The notes beneath the pieces are model-generated. The model saw nothing but the letters and a program-made list of their open reading frames with translations, made no database searches and was not told the DNA's origin. From positions 2,432,001 to 2,496,000 of the forward strand of contig OZ254086.1 in NCBI GenBank assembly GCA_965267575.1: 64,000 nucleotides of DNA, written 5' to 3'. The DNA comes from Calditrichales bacterium (lineage in GTDB: Bacteria; Calditrichota; Calditrichia; Calditrichales; J004). Position numbers and translations under genes: made by a program. Every line of letters begins with the position of its first letter. Positions within the stretch are counted from its first letter, which is position 1. This document shows, one piece after another, positions 40,950 to 50,718 of this stretch.

Positions 40950-41819
40950 ATGGCGGGCCTTAGTACAGCATTGCTCGTGCTGGCGGCCTTTTTCTGGGGC
41001 TTATCCGGCGGGATCGGCGCCGTTCTGATAGCGGATGGCTGGGACGCGTTTGTCGTTTCGTTTTACCGTGGCGCGATCGGATTGCTGTTTGTTGCCGCCT
41101 GGCTGGCGCTGAGTCCGCGTGGCAGCGGATTGGCCAACGGCCGCTTGTGGTTCTGGTCGGCGGTTGCCGGGCTGGGTGTGGCAGGCAACTTTGCCTTCTA
41201 TTTTATCAGCATTGCCGAGGGCAGCGTGGCGGTGGCGGTTACGCTGATGTACTGCGCGCCGGTGTTCGTTTACCTCGTGTCGTTCCTGCTTAAGCTGGAA
41301 AAACCTTCCCCGTTTAAGTGGTCGGCGATCGTGATCGTGATGATTGGTATTGTATTGCTTACCCAGGTGTATGACATCGGCGGCGGCGATGTTACGGCGG
41401 TTGCCGTGGGCGCCGGGCTGCTTGCCGGAATGTCTTACGCCGTGTTCATTTTCGGTTTTAAATATGCCGCGCCGCACGGCAGCCCGCAGGCCATTCTGAT
41501 GATAGCGTTCGCCGTGCTTGCCGTCGTCCTCATCTGGCCGGCCGACAGCGGGCAGACCGTTGCCGCGCTGACCTCGCCGGGCTGGCCTTTGTTTGCCGCG
41601 CTGGGTGTGCTTGGCGCGGGACTGTCGTTTATCCTTTATGTTATCGGTCTTAGCCGCAGTACGCCGGCCGTGGCATCCATTGTGGCGATGGTCGAGCCGG
41701 TTACCGCCGCGCTGTTTGGCGTTGTGCTTTTGCATGAAAGCCTGGACAGCATACAGCTTTTGGGCATGGGGCTGATATTGTTTGCCGTGACCGGGCTTAG
41801 CGTGCATTCGAGTCCTTAG
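40950..41819 (+). CDS. EamA/DMT-family transporter
   Basis: About 10 TM helices in two repeats; EPVTA motif. Confidence 0.9.
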   Translation: MAGLSTALLVLAAFFWGLSGGIGAVLIADGWDAFVVSFYRGAIGLLFVAAWLALSPRGSGLANGRLWFWSAVAGLGVAGNFAFYFISIAEGSVAVAVTLMYCAPVFVYLVSFLLKLEKPSPFKWSAIVIVMIGIVLLTQVYDIGGGDVTAVAVGAGLLAGMSYAVFIFGFKYAAPHGSPQAILMIAFAVLAVVLIWPADSGQTVAALTSPGWPLFAALGVLGAGLSFILYVIGLSRSTPAVASIVAMVEPVTAALFGVVLLHESLDSIQLLGMGLILFAVTGLSVHSSP

Positions 41820-41979
41820 CTGCCGGGCAGGGATGAGGTACCAGGGGCAAGCGCGATGCGGGCATCATTAATTTTTTAAAGGTTGTATGCCGGCGGTTGT
41901 ATAACAAAAATATCTTCATATCTTTATTAACATCTCCCCGCACGCAATGGTAAAGAATATCTTTACAACGGAGAAGAAT

Positions 41980-42429
41980 ATGACACAACGCGAAGCAAGA
42001 CCCGCCCTTATTTACCTTCTTTTGGCCTTGGTTTTTTTCCAGGGTGTCAGTGGCATCTTTGGTGGCATCGGCCTGGTGCTGGACCCGTCGGGCCGGGCGC
42101 TGCAGATTCCGCTCAAATGGCTGGCCGGCTCGCCTTTTGGCAATTATTTCATCCCGGGCATTATCCTGCTGTTTGTGCTGGGTATATACCCGCTGGTGGT
42201 TTTTTACGGTCTTTTCCGGCGATTGCCCTGGTCCTGGCCGGGAGCTTTGCTGCTGGGCATAGCCCTGCTGATCTGGATTGGTGTTGAGATTCTGGTTATC
42301 GGCTACCAGCCGCAACCGCCGCTGCAATTGATATACGGTTTGGTGGGAGTGCTTATTCTTGCCGTGGCCCTGCTGCCTGCCGTGCGGGGATTTTATAGGG
42401 CGGGGGAGCAAATTAATTCGGGCCATTAA
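41980..42429 (+). CDS. Hypothetical four-TM membrane protein
   Basis: Hydrophobic ORF with DPSG...LAGSPF.NY..PG motif; GGAG RBS. Confidence 0.75.
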   Translation: MTQREARPALIYLLLALVFFQGVSGIFGGIGLVLDPSGRALQIPLKWLAGSPFGNYFIPGIILLFVLGIYPLVVFYGLFRRLPWSWPGALLLGIALLIWIGVEILVIGYQPQPPLQLIYGLVGVLILAVALLPAVRGFYRAGEQINSGH

Positions 42430-42612
42430 ACAATCCGTCATTAAATTTTTGAGAATCCCAGACTCCAACGTTTATATTCCCCTTAAGCTTGCCACCATAC
42501 TAAGGGGAAGAAATCATGTTTATTAAACACGCATTGCTCATTGGCTCCTTTTGTTTTCCCCATTTCCGGTTGCAGCAGTAACGGTGATGAGAGTTCAACG
42601 GGACCGGAAAGT
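42255..42612 (+). repeat. Degenerate direct repeat, copy 1 (3' end of the membrane gene, intergenic region and 5' end of a lipoprotein gene)
   Basis: Aligns by eye with 45897-46225, and in part with 46952-47050. Confidence 0.8.
42516..42612 (+). pseudogene. Frameshifted, truncated paralogue of the 46129 lipoprotein gene
   Basis: MFIKHALLIGSF/ISGCSSNGDESSTGPE versus MLIQRLLVTGLL...ISGCSSTDDDNATGPE; shared upstream sequence. Confidence 0.7.
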
Positions 42613-42614
42613 CG

Positions 42615-42892
42615 GAGAGCCCCTGCAGTCGATCGCGCGGCCCATTTCATCTGTGGTCGAAAGCACGAATTGTTTGACGATGTTGACCTCCTTCCCGAAG
42701 CACAGGAAGCACATTGCCATAGTCTATGATGAATATGGCGGCCTTGATGGACTTGTTACCATGGAAGACCTGATGGAGACAGTTCTGGGCGATGAGATCA
42801 TCGATAAAACAGATCGGATTGTTGATTTACAGAAGGCCGCTCGTAAGTGCGAGTTTGATAGTAAAACCGGCGGAAAAGAGGATAAATTATGA
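42615..42892 (+). pseudogene. 3' fragment of a CNNM/hemolysin-type CBS-domain gene
   Basis: HIAIVYDEYGGLDGLVTMEDLMETVLGDEIID motif; N-terminal TM domain absent. Confidence 0.75.
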
Positions 42893-43722
42893 GCTATGAA
42901 CAATTCCTTGCAGACCTGGGAAAACTACTGATTCAGTTTAAAGAAAACCTGATCGCATTTTTTCCGCAACTTGTTCTTGCGATCGTAATCGTCCTGGTCG
43001 GTATTATCGTTGGCCGTATCTTCCGGGCGTTGGTGAACCGTTTTATCGGGGGGCTGGACCGGTTCGTTGCCAACCGAAAAGTCCAGGGCAGGCTCCAACA
43101 ACTACAGCTGGAACGATCCGGCAAGCTGGTTGGAAAGATGGTCTATTGGATCATCATCGTCTTCTTTTTGACCGCTGCCACGGAAGTACTCGGTATGCCC
43201 ATCATCACCACCTGGCTGAGCGGGCTGGTGCGTTACTTACCCAATATCCTGATAGCCGTAATGATCGTCTTACTCGGCATCATAGGCGGCCGCCTGGTGA
43301 ATAATTTCATCACTACCACTTCGTCCACGGCAGGATTGTTGTATGGAAATATGCTGGGGAGGATCGCGCAGTATGTCATTATCCTGATAACCATTTTAGT
43401 GGCCGTGGACCAGATCGGAATCGAAATCGCAATACTAACCGGCGTGATCAATATCGTTATAGCAGCCATTCTATTTGGCGCGGCCCTCGCTTTCGGGTTG
43501 GGCGCCCGCACATCGGTTAACAACATTCTCGCATCCTATTACCTGCAGGGCCGCTACCGCGAGGGACAAACGGTGAAAATCGGAGATTTTACAGGCCAGA
43601 TTATTCAAATTACTCCCACTGCGGTCATCCTGCAGACAGAAGAAGGACAGGTATCCGTTCCTGCCAAGAAGTTTAGCGAAGATATCTCCACGTTAGTGAA
43701 ACGGGAAGGAGCCACAACATGA
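42889..43722 (+). CDS. Mechanosensitive channel-like membrane protein (MscS/CmpX TM-helix family)
   Basis: YLPNILIA and ALAFGLG...NILAS...GQTVKIG motifs. Confidence 0.85.
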   Translation: MSYEQFLADLGKLLIQFKENLIAFFPQLVLAIVIVLVGIIVGRIFRALVNRFIGGLDRFVANRKVQGRLQQLQLERSGKLVGKMVYWIIIVFFLTAATEVLGMPIITTWLSGLVRYLPNILIAVMIVLLGIIGGRLVNNFITTTSSTAGLLYGNMLGRIAQYVIILITILVAVDQIGIEIAILTGVINIVIAAILFGAALAFGLGARTSVNNILASYYLQGRYREGQTVKIGDFTGQIIQITPTAVILQTEEGQVSVPAKKFSEDISTLVKREGATT

Positions 43723-44555
43723 ACAGCGACCTGCTCATACTGGAGAGTTTTATCAAACAGCACCCCGCGGATGTGGCGCGCATAGTGGAACGGCAGAAGG
43801 TCGAGGACAGCGCTGCACTGCTGCAGGAAATTCCTTTCGAGCTTGCCGTAGAAGTTTTTCGGCATCTGGAAAGCTACACGGCGGTGAGATGTCTTGAACT
43901 ACTGGATGCCGACCGAGCTGCGGCGATTGTTGAGAAGCTTCCTTTACAGGTAGTGGCTGTTTTTCTGCGCCAGGTTAACGAAGAGCTGCGAGAGACGATC
44001 CTCGGGTTGGTAGCAGAAGAAACCGCCATCCCCTTACGCAGAATACTGAGTTATCCTCAGGGCAGTGCCGGTGCTCTGGCCGACCCGCAAGTGCTTACAT
44101 TGCCGGACGACATTGCGGTCGAAGAGGCTTTAAGACGCGTTCAAAAACGCCCGGAGAATGCAATATATTATCTCTACCTTGTCAACCGGAACCAGGCGCT
44201 CAGCGGGGTTATTACTTTGCGCGAGTTGTTGTTGGCGCATTCCGGCGAGCCGCTTTCCGCGGTGATGTCTGCAGAGGTGCAGTGGTTACACGCAGACCTT
44301 GGTTTTCAGGCTATCATTAATCATTCCGCATGGCAGGAATATCACGCGCTGCCCGTGGTGGATAACAGCGGCATGCTGCTGGGCGTGGTTCGTTACGAGA
44401 CGCTGCGGCGGATTGAAAAGGACAGCAAAAAAGGCGTTTTGCCGCGCCACGCGTTAACCGCCAGTGCTTCGCTTGGCGAACTGTATAAGATTGGACTCTC
44501 GAGTCTGGTTCGCAGTGTCACGATGCCGGTGAAGGATCTTTTAGAAGAGAAATAA
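43719..44555 (+). CDS. Soluble MgtE N-domain/CBS-pair protein
   Basis: HPADVA, YPQGSAG and LPVVD motifs; no membrane domain. Confidence 0.85.
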   Translation: MNSDLLILESFIKQHPADVARIVERQKVEDSAALLQEIPFELAVEVFRHLESYTAVRCLELLDADRAAAIVEKLPLQVVAVFLRQVNEELRETILGLVAEETAIPLRRILSYPQGSAGALADPQVLTLPDDIAVEEALRRVQKRPENAIYYLYLVNRNQALSGVITLRELLLAHSGEPLSAVMSAEVQWLHADLGFQAIINHSAWQEYHALPVVDNSGMLLGVVRYETLRRIEKDSKKGVLPRHALTASASLGELYKIGLSSLVRSVTMPVKDLLEEK

Positions 44556-44572
44556 AAAAAAGAGGCAGCCAA

Positions 44573-45889
44573 ATGCAAAAAACAGCTTCAATTGTTACCA
44601 GGTCTCTGATAGAGGGTTTCTTTCAGCTTTACCCGGGGGAAGCAGCGAGATTGCTGAATTCCTTTAAAACGCAAGAAATACTTAAGCATTTACAAGCGCA
44701 GCCAATCGACCGCGCCGCGCAAATCTATGCCCTTCTAAACACGGATATTGCAGCGAACCTGATCGGGAGCATGGAAAAAGAATTCTTCTTGCAGCTTTTT
44801 ACATCCATTGATCCGTCGCTGGCAGGCCGATTGCTGGCCCGCCTTGATGACAAGGTTGTCCGGGAACGGCTGTCGCTATTGCCGGAAAACATTGCCAAAG
44901 AAACAAGAACATTGATGCAATACCCACCGGGAACCGCCGGCCACCTGATGTATCGCCGGGTGTTGGCGTTCCATCCGGATGACAGCGTTGAAGACGCCCT
45001 GAAAATCGTGCGTGCCACCCGCGACCGCCGAATTATATACATCTATCTTGCAGACGAGGATGGAAAACTTGTGGGCATGCTGCCGCTTCAGGAGATTGTC
45101 GTAGCCCAACCGAATGACCGGCTTGGCGGGCTGATCCACACCCGGCCCGTGACAGTCCAGGCGATGTCCCCCCTGGAAGATGTGGTGCAGCTTTTGGAAG
45201 AACGCAAGCTGATCAGCCTGCCGGTTGTGGACATCGAGGGCAAGCTGCTGGGCATTATCCGCAATGATGCTCTGGTTAGCGCTGCCCGGGAAGACGCCAG
45301 CGAAGACTTACAGGCAATGTTTGGCGCCGGCCGGAATGAACGCGCCCTCTCAAAAGTCTCGTTTGCAGTTCGTAAGCGGCTTCCATGGCTTGAAATGAAC
45401 CTGGCAACGGCTTTCCTGGCCGCGGCGGTTGTCGGAATATTCGAGGATACCATTGCCAGAATTACGGTGCTGGCCGTATTCCTGCCGGTAGTTGCCGGAC
45501 AATCCGGCAATACGGGCTCCCAGGCCCTGGCGGTGACCATGCGCGGCCTGGCCCTGCGCGAGATTCGCACACGCCACTGGTTTCGCGTGGCGCGCAAGGA
45601 GATTATAGTCGGCAGCATAAACGGTTGTGCCGTCGCCCTGACCACCGCACTGATAGTGTTTTTTTGGGCCGGTTCCCTGAGCCTGGCTGCGGTGATCGCG
45701 GTAGCGATGGTGCTTTCTATGGCGATTGCAGGATTATCGGGTGCGGTTATCCCGATTATTCTTCAGGCCTTAGGCCAGGATCCGGCGCAATCCTCATCGA
45801 TTGTCCTGACCACTGTCACCGATGTAGTGGGTTTTCTTAGTTTCCTGGGGTTGGCCACACTGTTTGCGAACGTTATCAACCCCGGTTGA
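44573..45889 (+). CDS. mgtE: Magnesium transporter MgtE
   Basis: YPPGTAG, RLPWL, PVVAGQSGNTGSQ and DPAQSS...TTVTDVVG motifs. Confidence 0.93.
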   Translation: MQKTASIVTRSLIEGFFQLYPGEAARLLNSFKTQEILKHLQAQPIDRAAQIYALLNTDIAANLIGSMEKEFFLQLFTSIDPSLAGRLLARLDDKVVRERLSLLPENIAKETRTLMQYPPGTAGHLMYRRVLAFHPDDSVEDALKIVRATRDRRIIYIYLADEDGKLVGMLPLQEIVVAQPNDRLGGLIHTRPVTVQAMSPLEDVVQLLEERKLISLPVVDIEGKLLGIIRNDALVSAAREDASEDLQAMFGAGRNERALSKVSFAVRKRLPWLEMNLATAFLAAAVVGIFEDTIARITVLAVFLPVVAGQSGNTGSQALAVTMRGLALREIRTRHWFRVARKEIIVGSINGCAVALTTALIVFFWAGSLSLAAVIAVAMVLSMAIAGLSGAVIPIILQALGQDPAQSSSIVLTTVTDVVGFLSFLGLATLFANVINPG

Positions 45890-45896
45890 GACCGTG

Positions 45897-46225
45897 GGGC
45901 ATCGCCCTGCTTATCCGGATTGGCGTTGAGATTTTGGTTATCGGTTACCAGCCGCAACCGCCGTTGAGTTATAACCGCTTCGCGGTCCGTGTCTGCTGCG
46001 CGGGGTTTTATGGTTTGGCCGACATGAACGCGGGCGCAATAAAATAAATCTTGCCACAAAATTTTGAGTATAGCGGCCCTAAGCGTTTATATTGCCTTTA
46101 AGCACGCCACCATATAAGGGGAAAAATCATGTTAATCCAACGCCTATTGGTTACAGGTCTCCTTTTATTTTTCATCATTTCCGGTTGCAGCAGCACGGAT
46201 GATGATAATGCAACCGGACCGGAGG
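45897..46225 (+). repeat. Degenerate direct repeat, copy 2
   Basis: gggcatcgccctgcttatccggattggcgttgagattttggttatcggttaccagccgcaaccgccg matches the sequence from 42255 onward. Confidence 0.8.
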
Positions 46226-46596
46226 ACGGGCATCCCCCGGCTGAAATGATAGGCACGTGGATATTCCAGGCGGTAACGGTGGACAGTGTTCCCGCCAGCC
46301 TGGCGCTTGTAATGGAGTGGGTGCCGGATGCCGTGCAGGCCCGCTTCCATGTGGTGAATGATATCGGCTCTTTTGTTTATGAAGAGGTCAATCTTATGGG
46401 TGGCCAGCTCTACGCGGCATCGGGTTTTGTTTACGTGGAAGGCAACGAGATAGACATAAACCTGCTACAGGATCACGAGGGCAACGAACTAGATGAAACC
46501 ATCTTTATGACGTTTGCCCTTGAAGCCGATACGCTGACCCTGAACGAAACGGACCAGGGGCAGGCTATCACCTATACACTTTACAGGAAGCAATAA
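46129..46596 (+). CDS. Lipoprotein, lipocalin-like
   Basis: Lipobox ISGC; IGTW motif. Confidence 0.75.
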   Translation: MLIQRLLVTGLLLFFIISGCSSTDDDNATGPEDGHPPAEMIGTWIFQAVTVDSVPASLALVMEWVPDAVQARFHVVNDIGSFVYEEVNLMGGQLYAASGFVYVEGNEIDINLLQDHEGNELDETIFMTFALEADTLTLNETDQGQAITYTLYRKQ

Positions 46597-46768
46597 AAGC
46601 CTGCTATATTTGCCGCATTCCTGTGATGGTTTTTGGGGGGCGGGTTTATCTTTGGTATTACTAGGAACGGATTTTAGCCCGCCTTATACTGCGATATATA
46701 TTTGAGCTTATTTAAAACCTGCAAACTACACGAAGCATCTCACATACACATAGGAGCGAAAACAAAAT

Positions 46769-46945
46769 ATGAAAAATGAAAAAACCGTCATTTTAGGCGC
46801 GGCATTTGGTGCAGCGTTTGGAAGTGTCATAGGCGTTCTGACAGATAACTTAGGTTTATGGATTAGTTTGGGCATTGCATTGGGTGCCGGCGTTGGTTTT
46901 ACGTTAGAGAAAAGGCAGAAAAAAGACAATGGCGATAAAAGCTAA
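46769..46945 (+). CDS. Small glycine-zipper membrane protein (58 aa, not in the ORF track)
   Basis: MKNEKTVILGAAFGAAFGSVIGVLTDNLGLWISLGIALGAGVGFTLEKRQKKDNGDKS; AGGAG upstream. Confidence 0.75.
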   Translation: MKNEKTVILGAAFGAAFGSVIGVLTDNLGLWISLGIALGAGVGFTLEKRQKKDNGDKS

Positions 46946-46951
46946 AATATA

Positions 46952-47050
46952 AGCCGCAACCGCCGCTGCAGCTTATTTATGGTTTGGTGGGACTGCAATA
47001 TTCTGTGTGGTGGCCTTGCTGCGTGCGTTCGGGGCTTTTATGCTGGCGTA
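46952..47050 (+). repeat. Degenerate direct repeat, copy 3 (3' end of the 41980 gene)
   Basis: agccgcaaccgccgctgcagcttatttatggtttggtggga matches the sequence from 42308 onward. Confidence 0.75.
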
Positions 47051-47176
47051 TAGGAAATTAGATTTTTTTTTGCTTTATTTTTTAACGGGATGATTGTATA
47101 ATGTTCGAGACTGAAAGAGCAATGGAAAATTACCGCCCCCAAACAAACCATTTGAGGAAATGATGGAGACGAAACA

Positions 47177-50100
47177 ATGAGTGGTGCCGTTCTGGATAAT
47201 ATCGGTGATCAGCAAGAGCAGGAGGAGATCCTACTTCCTTCGCTTAAATGGCAAAAGAAGTGTGATATCGGAGTGATTTCCCATATAGTTCGCCCAGAGC
47301 ACGTCGAAAGAACTACCGCGCGTACAAACATTAAGGTCTCGCCGCGGATTGAGCAGCCTTTGCTCGTCCTGGAGTCGGGTGAGCGTATAGTCCTCACCAG
47401 GCGAAAAAAATGCCCCGTACCTGAAGGAGTTGATGGTGTCCTTCACGAGACGGATCCCGGCTCATTTTCCTGGCAGTTCCATCGCGATCTCGCCGGGCAG
47501 GACGACTCTACGCAATGGGAAGAAAAGAAATCACAGGTGGCGAAATCCTGGAGGAGTGGAATCCGGTACGCCTCAGAACAAGTGGATGCTGAGGGTAATC
47601 CGATACGGCCCGGACTCCGTTCGCCCCAGATTGGCGCCCTTCATTCCATCGGCGCACATTGGAGCCTGTATAGCACGCCGGCCACGATTGTTATGCCCAC
47701 CGGGACCGGGAAAACAGAGACTATGATTGCGGTGTTGGTCGGACAGGTAAGAGGAACGCTGCTTGTCGTCGTCCCCTCCTCACCGCTTCGCGAGCAAACC
47801 GTGAAAAAGTTTCTCACACTGGGTCTACTCAGGAAGCTCAGAGTCATTCCGGAAGATATGCCTAATCCGATCGTTGGTGTGATCAACAATCGTCCGCGTT
47901 CAGAAGCCGATCTTGATATCTTCGATATGTGTCATGTCGTGGTCTCGACAATGGCAGCCGTGAGCCAGGGTACTGCTACAGACCTTGTACCGAAGATTGC
48001 TGAGCGGTCCTCGTGCCTTGTCGTTGATGAGGCGCACCATGTGGGCGCAAAGAGCTGGGCTGCATTCAGAAAAGAATTTTATGCCACGCGGGTCCTGCAA
48101 TTCACAGCAACGCCGTTCAGACGTGACGGCGTGCTTGTAGACGGAGATGTGATCTACTCCTATCCGCTTCGGCGCGCTCAGGAAGATCAGTATTTCAAGC
48201 CGATAAGGTTTGATCCGGTCTGTGAAATTGAGCTGCAGAATGCTGATCGCTCCATTGCTGAGAAGGCGATCGCGCAGCTTGACACCGATTTGGATGCTGG
48301 GTTAGACCACCTGTTGATGGCGCGCTGCAACAAGATCCAAAGGGCGACACAGATTCGCACCCTTTATCAGGATCTGGCGCCAGAACACGAACCGATCCTA
48401 GTACACTCTGAAGATTCTTCGTCAGCTCGTCAGTTAGAACGACTATACAACCGCGATAGCCGCATTGTCGTTTGTGTCGAGATGCTTGGTGAAGGCTTCG
48501 ACCTGCCGCAACTCAAGATTGCCGCTATTCACGATACGCACAAGAGTCTGGCTGTCTTGCTCCAGTTCACAGGCCGTTTTACCCGCACGGCAGGTGACAA
48601 CATCGGGGCTGCGACAGTGATCGCGAACATCGCCGACCAAGATGTATCAGTGGGACTCGAAAGGCTCTATAGCGAGGATGCCGACTGGAACACGCTTCTT
48701 GCAGAGATGAGCTCAGATGCCGTTCGTGAGCATAGAGAGCTCGTCGAGTTTCTGTCTCAGTCGGTTTCTTTGGCAGATGAAGATGACGACGATGCGCTCA
48801 CATCGATTTCTCCGGCGTTACTCCGGCCAAAATTTAGTACCGTCGCGTACAGGGCCGGTGAATTTAATCCGCGTCGTTTCCACCGTGCAGTACCGACAGA
48901 CAGCGAGGTACACCGCGTGTGGCTCCATGAGGAATCCAGCACGCTTTATTATGTAACGAAAACAGAGCCGCCCGTACGCTGGACTCGAGCGCAATCGATC
49001 CAGGACCGTGAATGGCACTTGTATGTCGTTCACTATGATGCCGATCTCGGCTTGCTGTTCATCCACTCAAGCGACAAGTCCTCCCTGCATGAGAAACTCG
49101 CCAAAGAGGTCGGCGGAGCGAACGTCGCTTTGGTTCGTGGGGATTCTGTGTTCCGCACCCTTGCCGGTATCAACCGGCTTCAGTTTCAGAATGTCGGTGT
49201 CACCAAGCATGCGCGCCGCAATTTACGTTATGCGATGTACACTGGCGCGGACGTTCGCCAAGCGCTGGAGATCTCTCAAACCGCCGGTTCCACGAAGTCC
49301 GTGCTCCAGGGTACAGGCTACGAGAACGGTTTGCCGGTTGCGATCGGCTGCTCATTCAAAGGCCGTGTGTGGTCGAAGGAAGGTGGACCGATCGCCCATC
49401 TAACCAAGTGGTGCAAATGCGTTGGCTCGAAGCTCATCGATGACGCGATCAGTACAGATGAGATCCTTCAGAATGTATTGGTGCCAGAGGAGATTTCAAA
49501 GTTCCCTGAGGCAACGGTGCTTACCCTGGAATGGCCGCTGGAAATCCTCCAGCAGCAAGAGGACAAAGTCCAGCTCGTTCGGAGTGGTGTCGAAACCCCA
49601 TTGTCCTACTTTGATCTCCGTTTTGAAGATATTGGCGAGGACCGTCAAACCATGCGTTTTTGCCTCGTATTTGAAGGAGAGCGGTCAGGATATATCCTCC
49701 GCCTTGGTGTTGCCAACGCCTACGAGTTTGCGCACGTGGCCGGGCCAGCTCTCTCGATCGGCGTAGCACGCCGTGAACTACCACTGGCTGATTTCTTGAA
49801 TGACTATCCGCTCTTGGTTCGCTTCGCCGACCTTAGTGAACTGGATGGTCATTTGCTAATCAAGCCGGAGGAGGCAAAGGATCTGTCGTTTCCAGCAGAT
49901 AGATTCGATGTGTGGGATTGGGACGGTATCGACGTCACCAAAGAATCCCTCTGGCGGGATGGCGCGGTGCATGAAGACACTGTCCAGGCGCGCGCAGCCC
50001 GGTACTTCATTGACGCCGGCTATGGCGTCATTTTCGACGATGACGCTGCGGGTGAAGCTGCTGATCTGATCTGTTTTAAGATGGACGATGAGACCATTCA

Positions 50101-50479
50101 CTTTGCTCTCGTTCACTGCAAGTTCAGCGCCAATGTCGGTGGCGCTCGCCTTGAGGATGCCGTTGAAGTCTGCTCCCAGGCGGTGCGCTCAGGACGCTGG
50201 CTTTGGAAGTTTAAGGAACTATGTCGTCACATCGCGAAACGGGAGCAGCGCCTTCGGTCTGACATACGGCCGAGCCGTTTTCTGCACGGTGGCACGCACG
50301 AGATGGGCAGCATTCTCCGCGCAAGCCGATTCAAGGAGATCCAGGGACAGATTGTCATTGTACAGCCGGGGATTTCGCGCGAGAGGCATAGCGATCGTCA
50401 GGCAATGATCCTCGCGGCAGCGTACAATTTCCTGATGGATACAGTTGGCGTACCGTTGGACATAGTTTGCGCGGAGTAG
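47177..50479 (+). CDS. SF2 (ResIII-type DEAH) helicase fused to a C-terminal PD-(D/E)xK-like nuclease domain
   Basis: LRSPQ, MPTGTGKT, DEAHH, TATPFR, EGFD and QFTGR motifs; C-terminal DDDAAGEAADL...LVHCKFS. Confidence 0.85.
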   Translation: MSGAVLDNIGDQQEQEEILLPSLKWQKKCDIGVISHIVRPEHVERTTARTNIKVSPRIEQPLLVLESGERIVLTRRKKCPVPEGVDGVLHETDPGSFSWQFHRDLAGQDDSTQWEEKKSQVAKSWRSGIRYASEQVDAEGNPIRPGLRSPQIGALHSIGAHWSLYSTPATIVMPTGTGKTETMIAVLVGQVRGTLLVVVPSSPLREQTVKKFLTLGLLRKLRVIPEDMPNPIVGVINNRPRSEADLDIFDMCHVVVSTMAAVSQGTATDLVPKIAERSSCLVVDEAHHVGAKSWAAFRKEFYATRVLQFTATPFRRDGVLVDGDVIYSYPLRRAQEDQYFKPIRFDPVCEIELQNADRSIAEKAIAQLDTDLDAGLDHLLMARCNKIQRATQIRTLYQDLAPEHEPILVHSEDSSSARQLERLYNRDSRIVVCVEMLGEGFDLPQLKIAAIHDTHKSLAVLLQFTGRFTRTAGDNIGAATVIANIADQDVSVGLERLYSEDADWNTLLAEMSSDAVREHRELVEFLSQSVSLADEDDDDALTSISPALLRPKFSTVAYRAGEFNPRRFHRAVPTDSEVHRVWLHEESSTLYYVTKTEPPVRWTRAQSIQDREWHLYVVHYDADLGLLFIHSSDKSSLHEKLAKEVGGANVALVRGDSVFRTLAGINRLQFQNVGVTKHARRNLRYAMYTGADVRQALEISQTAGSTKSVLQGTGYENGLPVAIGCSFKGRVWSKEGGPIAHLTKWCKCVGSKLIDDAISTDEILQNVLVPEEISKFPEATVLTLEWPLEILQQQEDKVQLVRSGVETPLSYFDLRFEDIGEDRQTMRFCLVFEGERSGYILRLGVANAYEFAHVAGPALSIGVARRELPLADFLNDYPLLVRFADLSELDGHLLIKPEEAKDLSFPADRFDVWDWDGIDVTKESLWRDGAVHEDTVQARAARYFIDAGYGVIFDDDAAGEAADLICFKMDDETIHFALVHCKFSANVGGARLEDAVEVCSQAVRSGRWLWKFKELCRHIAKREQRLRSDIRPSRFLHGGTHEMGSILRASRFKEIQGQIVIVQPGISRERHSDRQAMILAAAYNFLMDTVGVPLDIVCAE

Positions 50480-50718
50480 TAGACGAGAGAAATTTGATGG
50501 CACGATACGCATAACAGATTTCGGCACAGATCGACACAGTATCCATGCCTCCCTCAGAGCGTGAGGATTTTTGGAGAGGATTAGGGGAGTAATCATTTCG
50601 CTTTTAAAAAAAAGATGATTGCTCAGGCGGCTTTTTTTGGCTTCGACATATTAGGCTCGTTGAAATACCATATAGTGAAAAAATTAAGAAAGATAAACCA
50701 CGTTCTGGAGGAACTGAA

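Noticed and set aside
47177..50479. Type I/III restriction-modification system
   Set aside because: ResIII-like helicase motifs are present, but there is no methyltransferase or specificity gene nearby.
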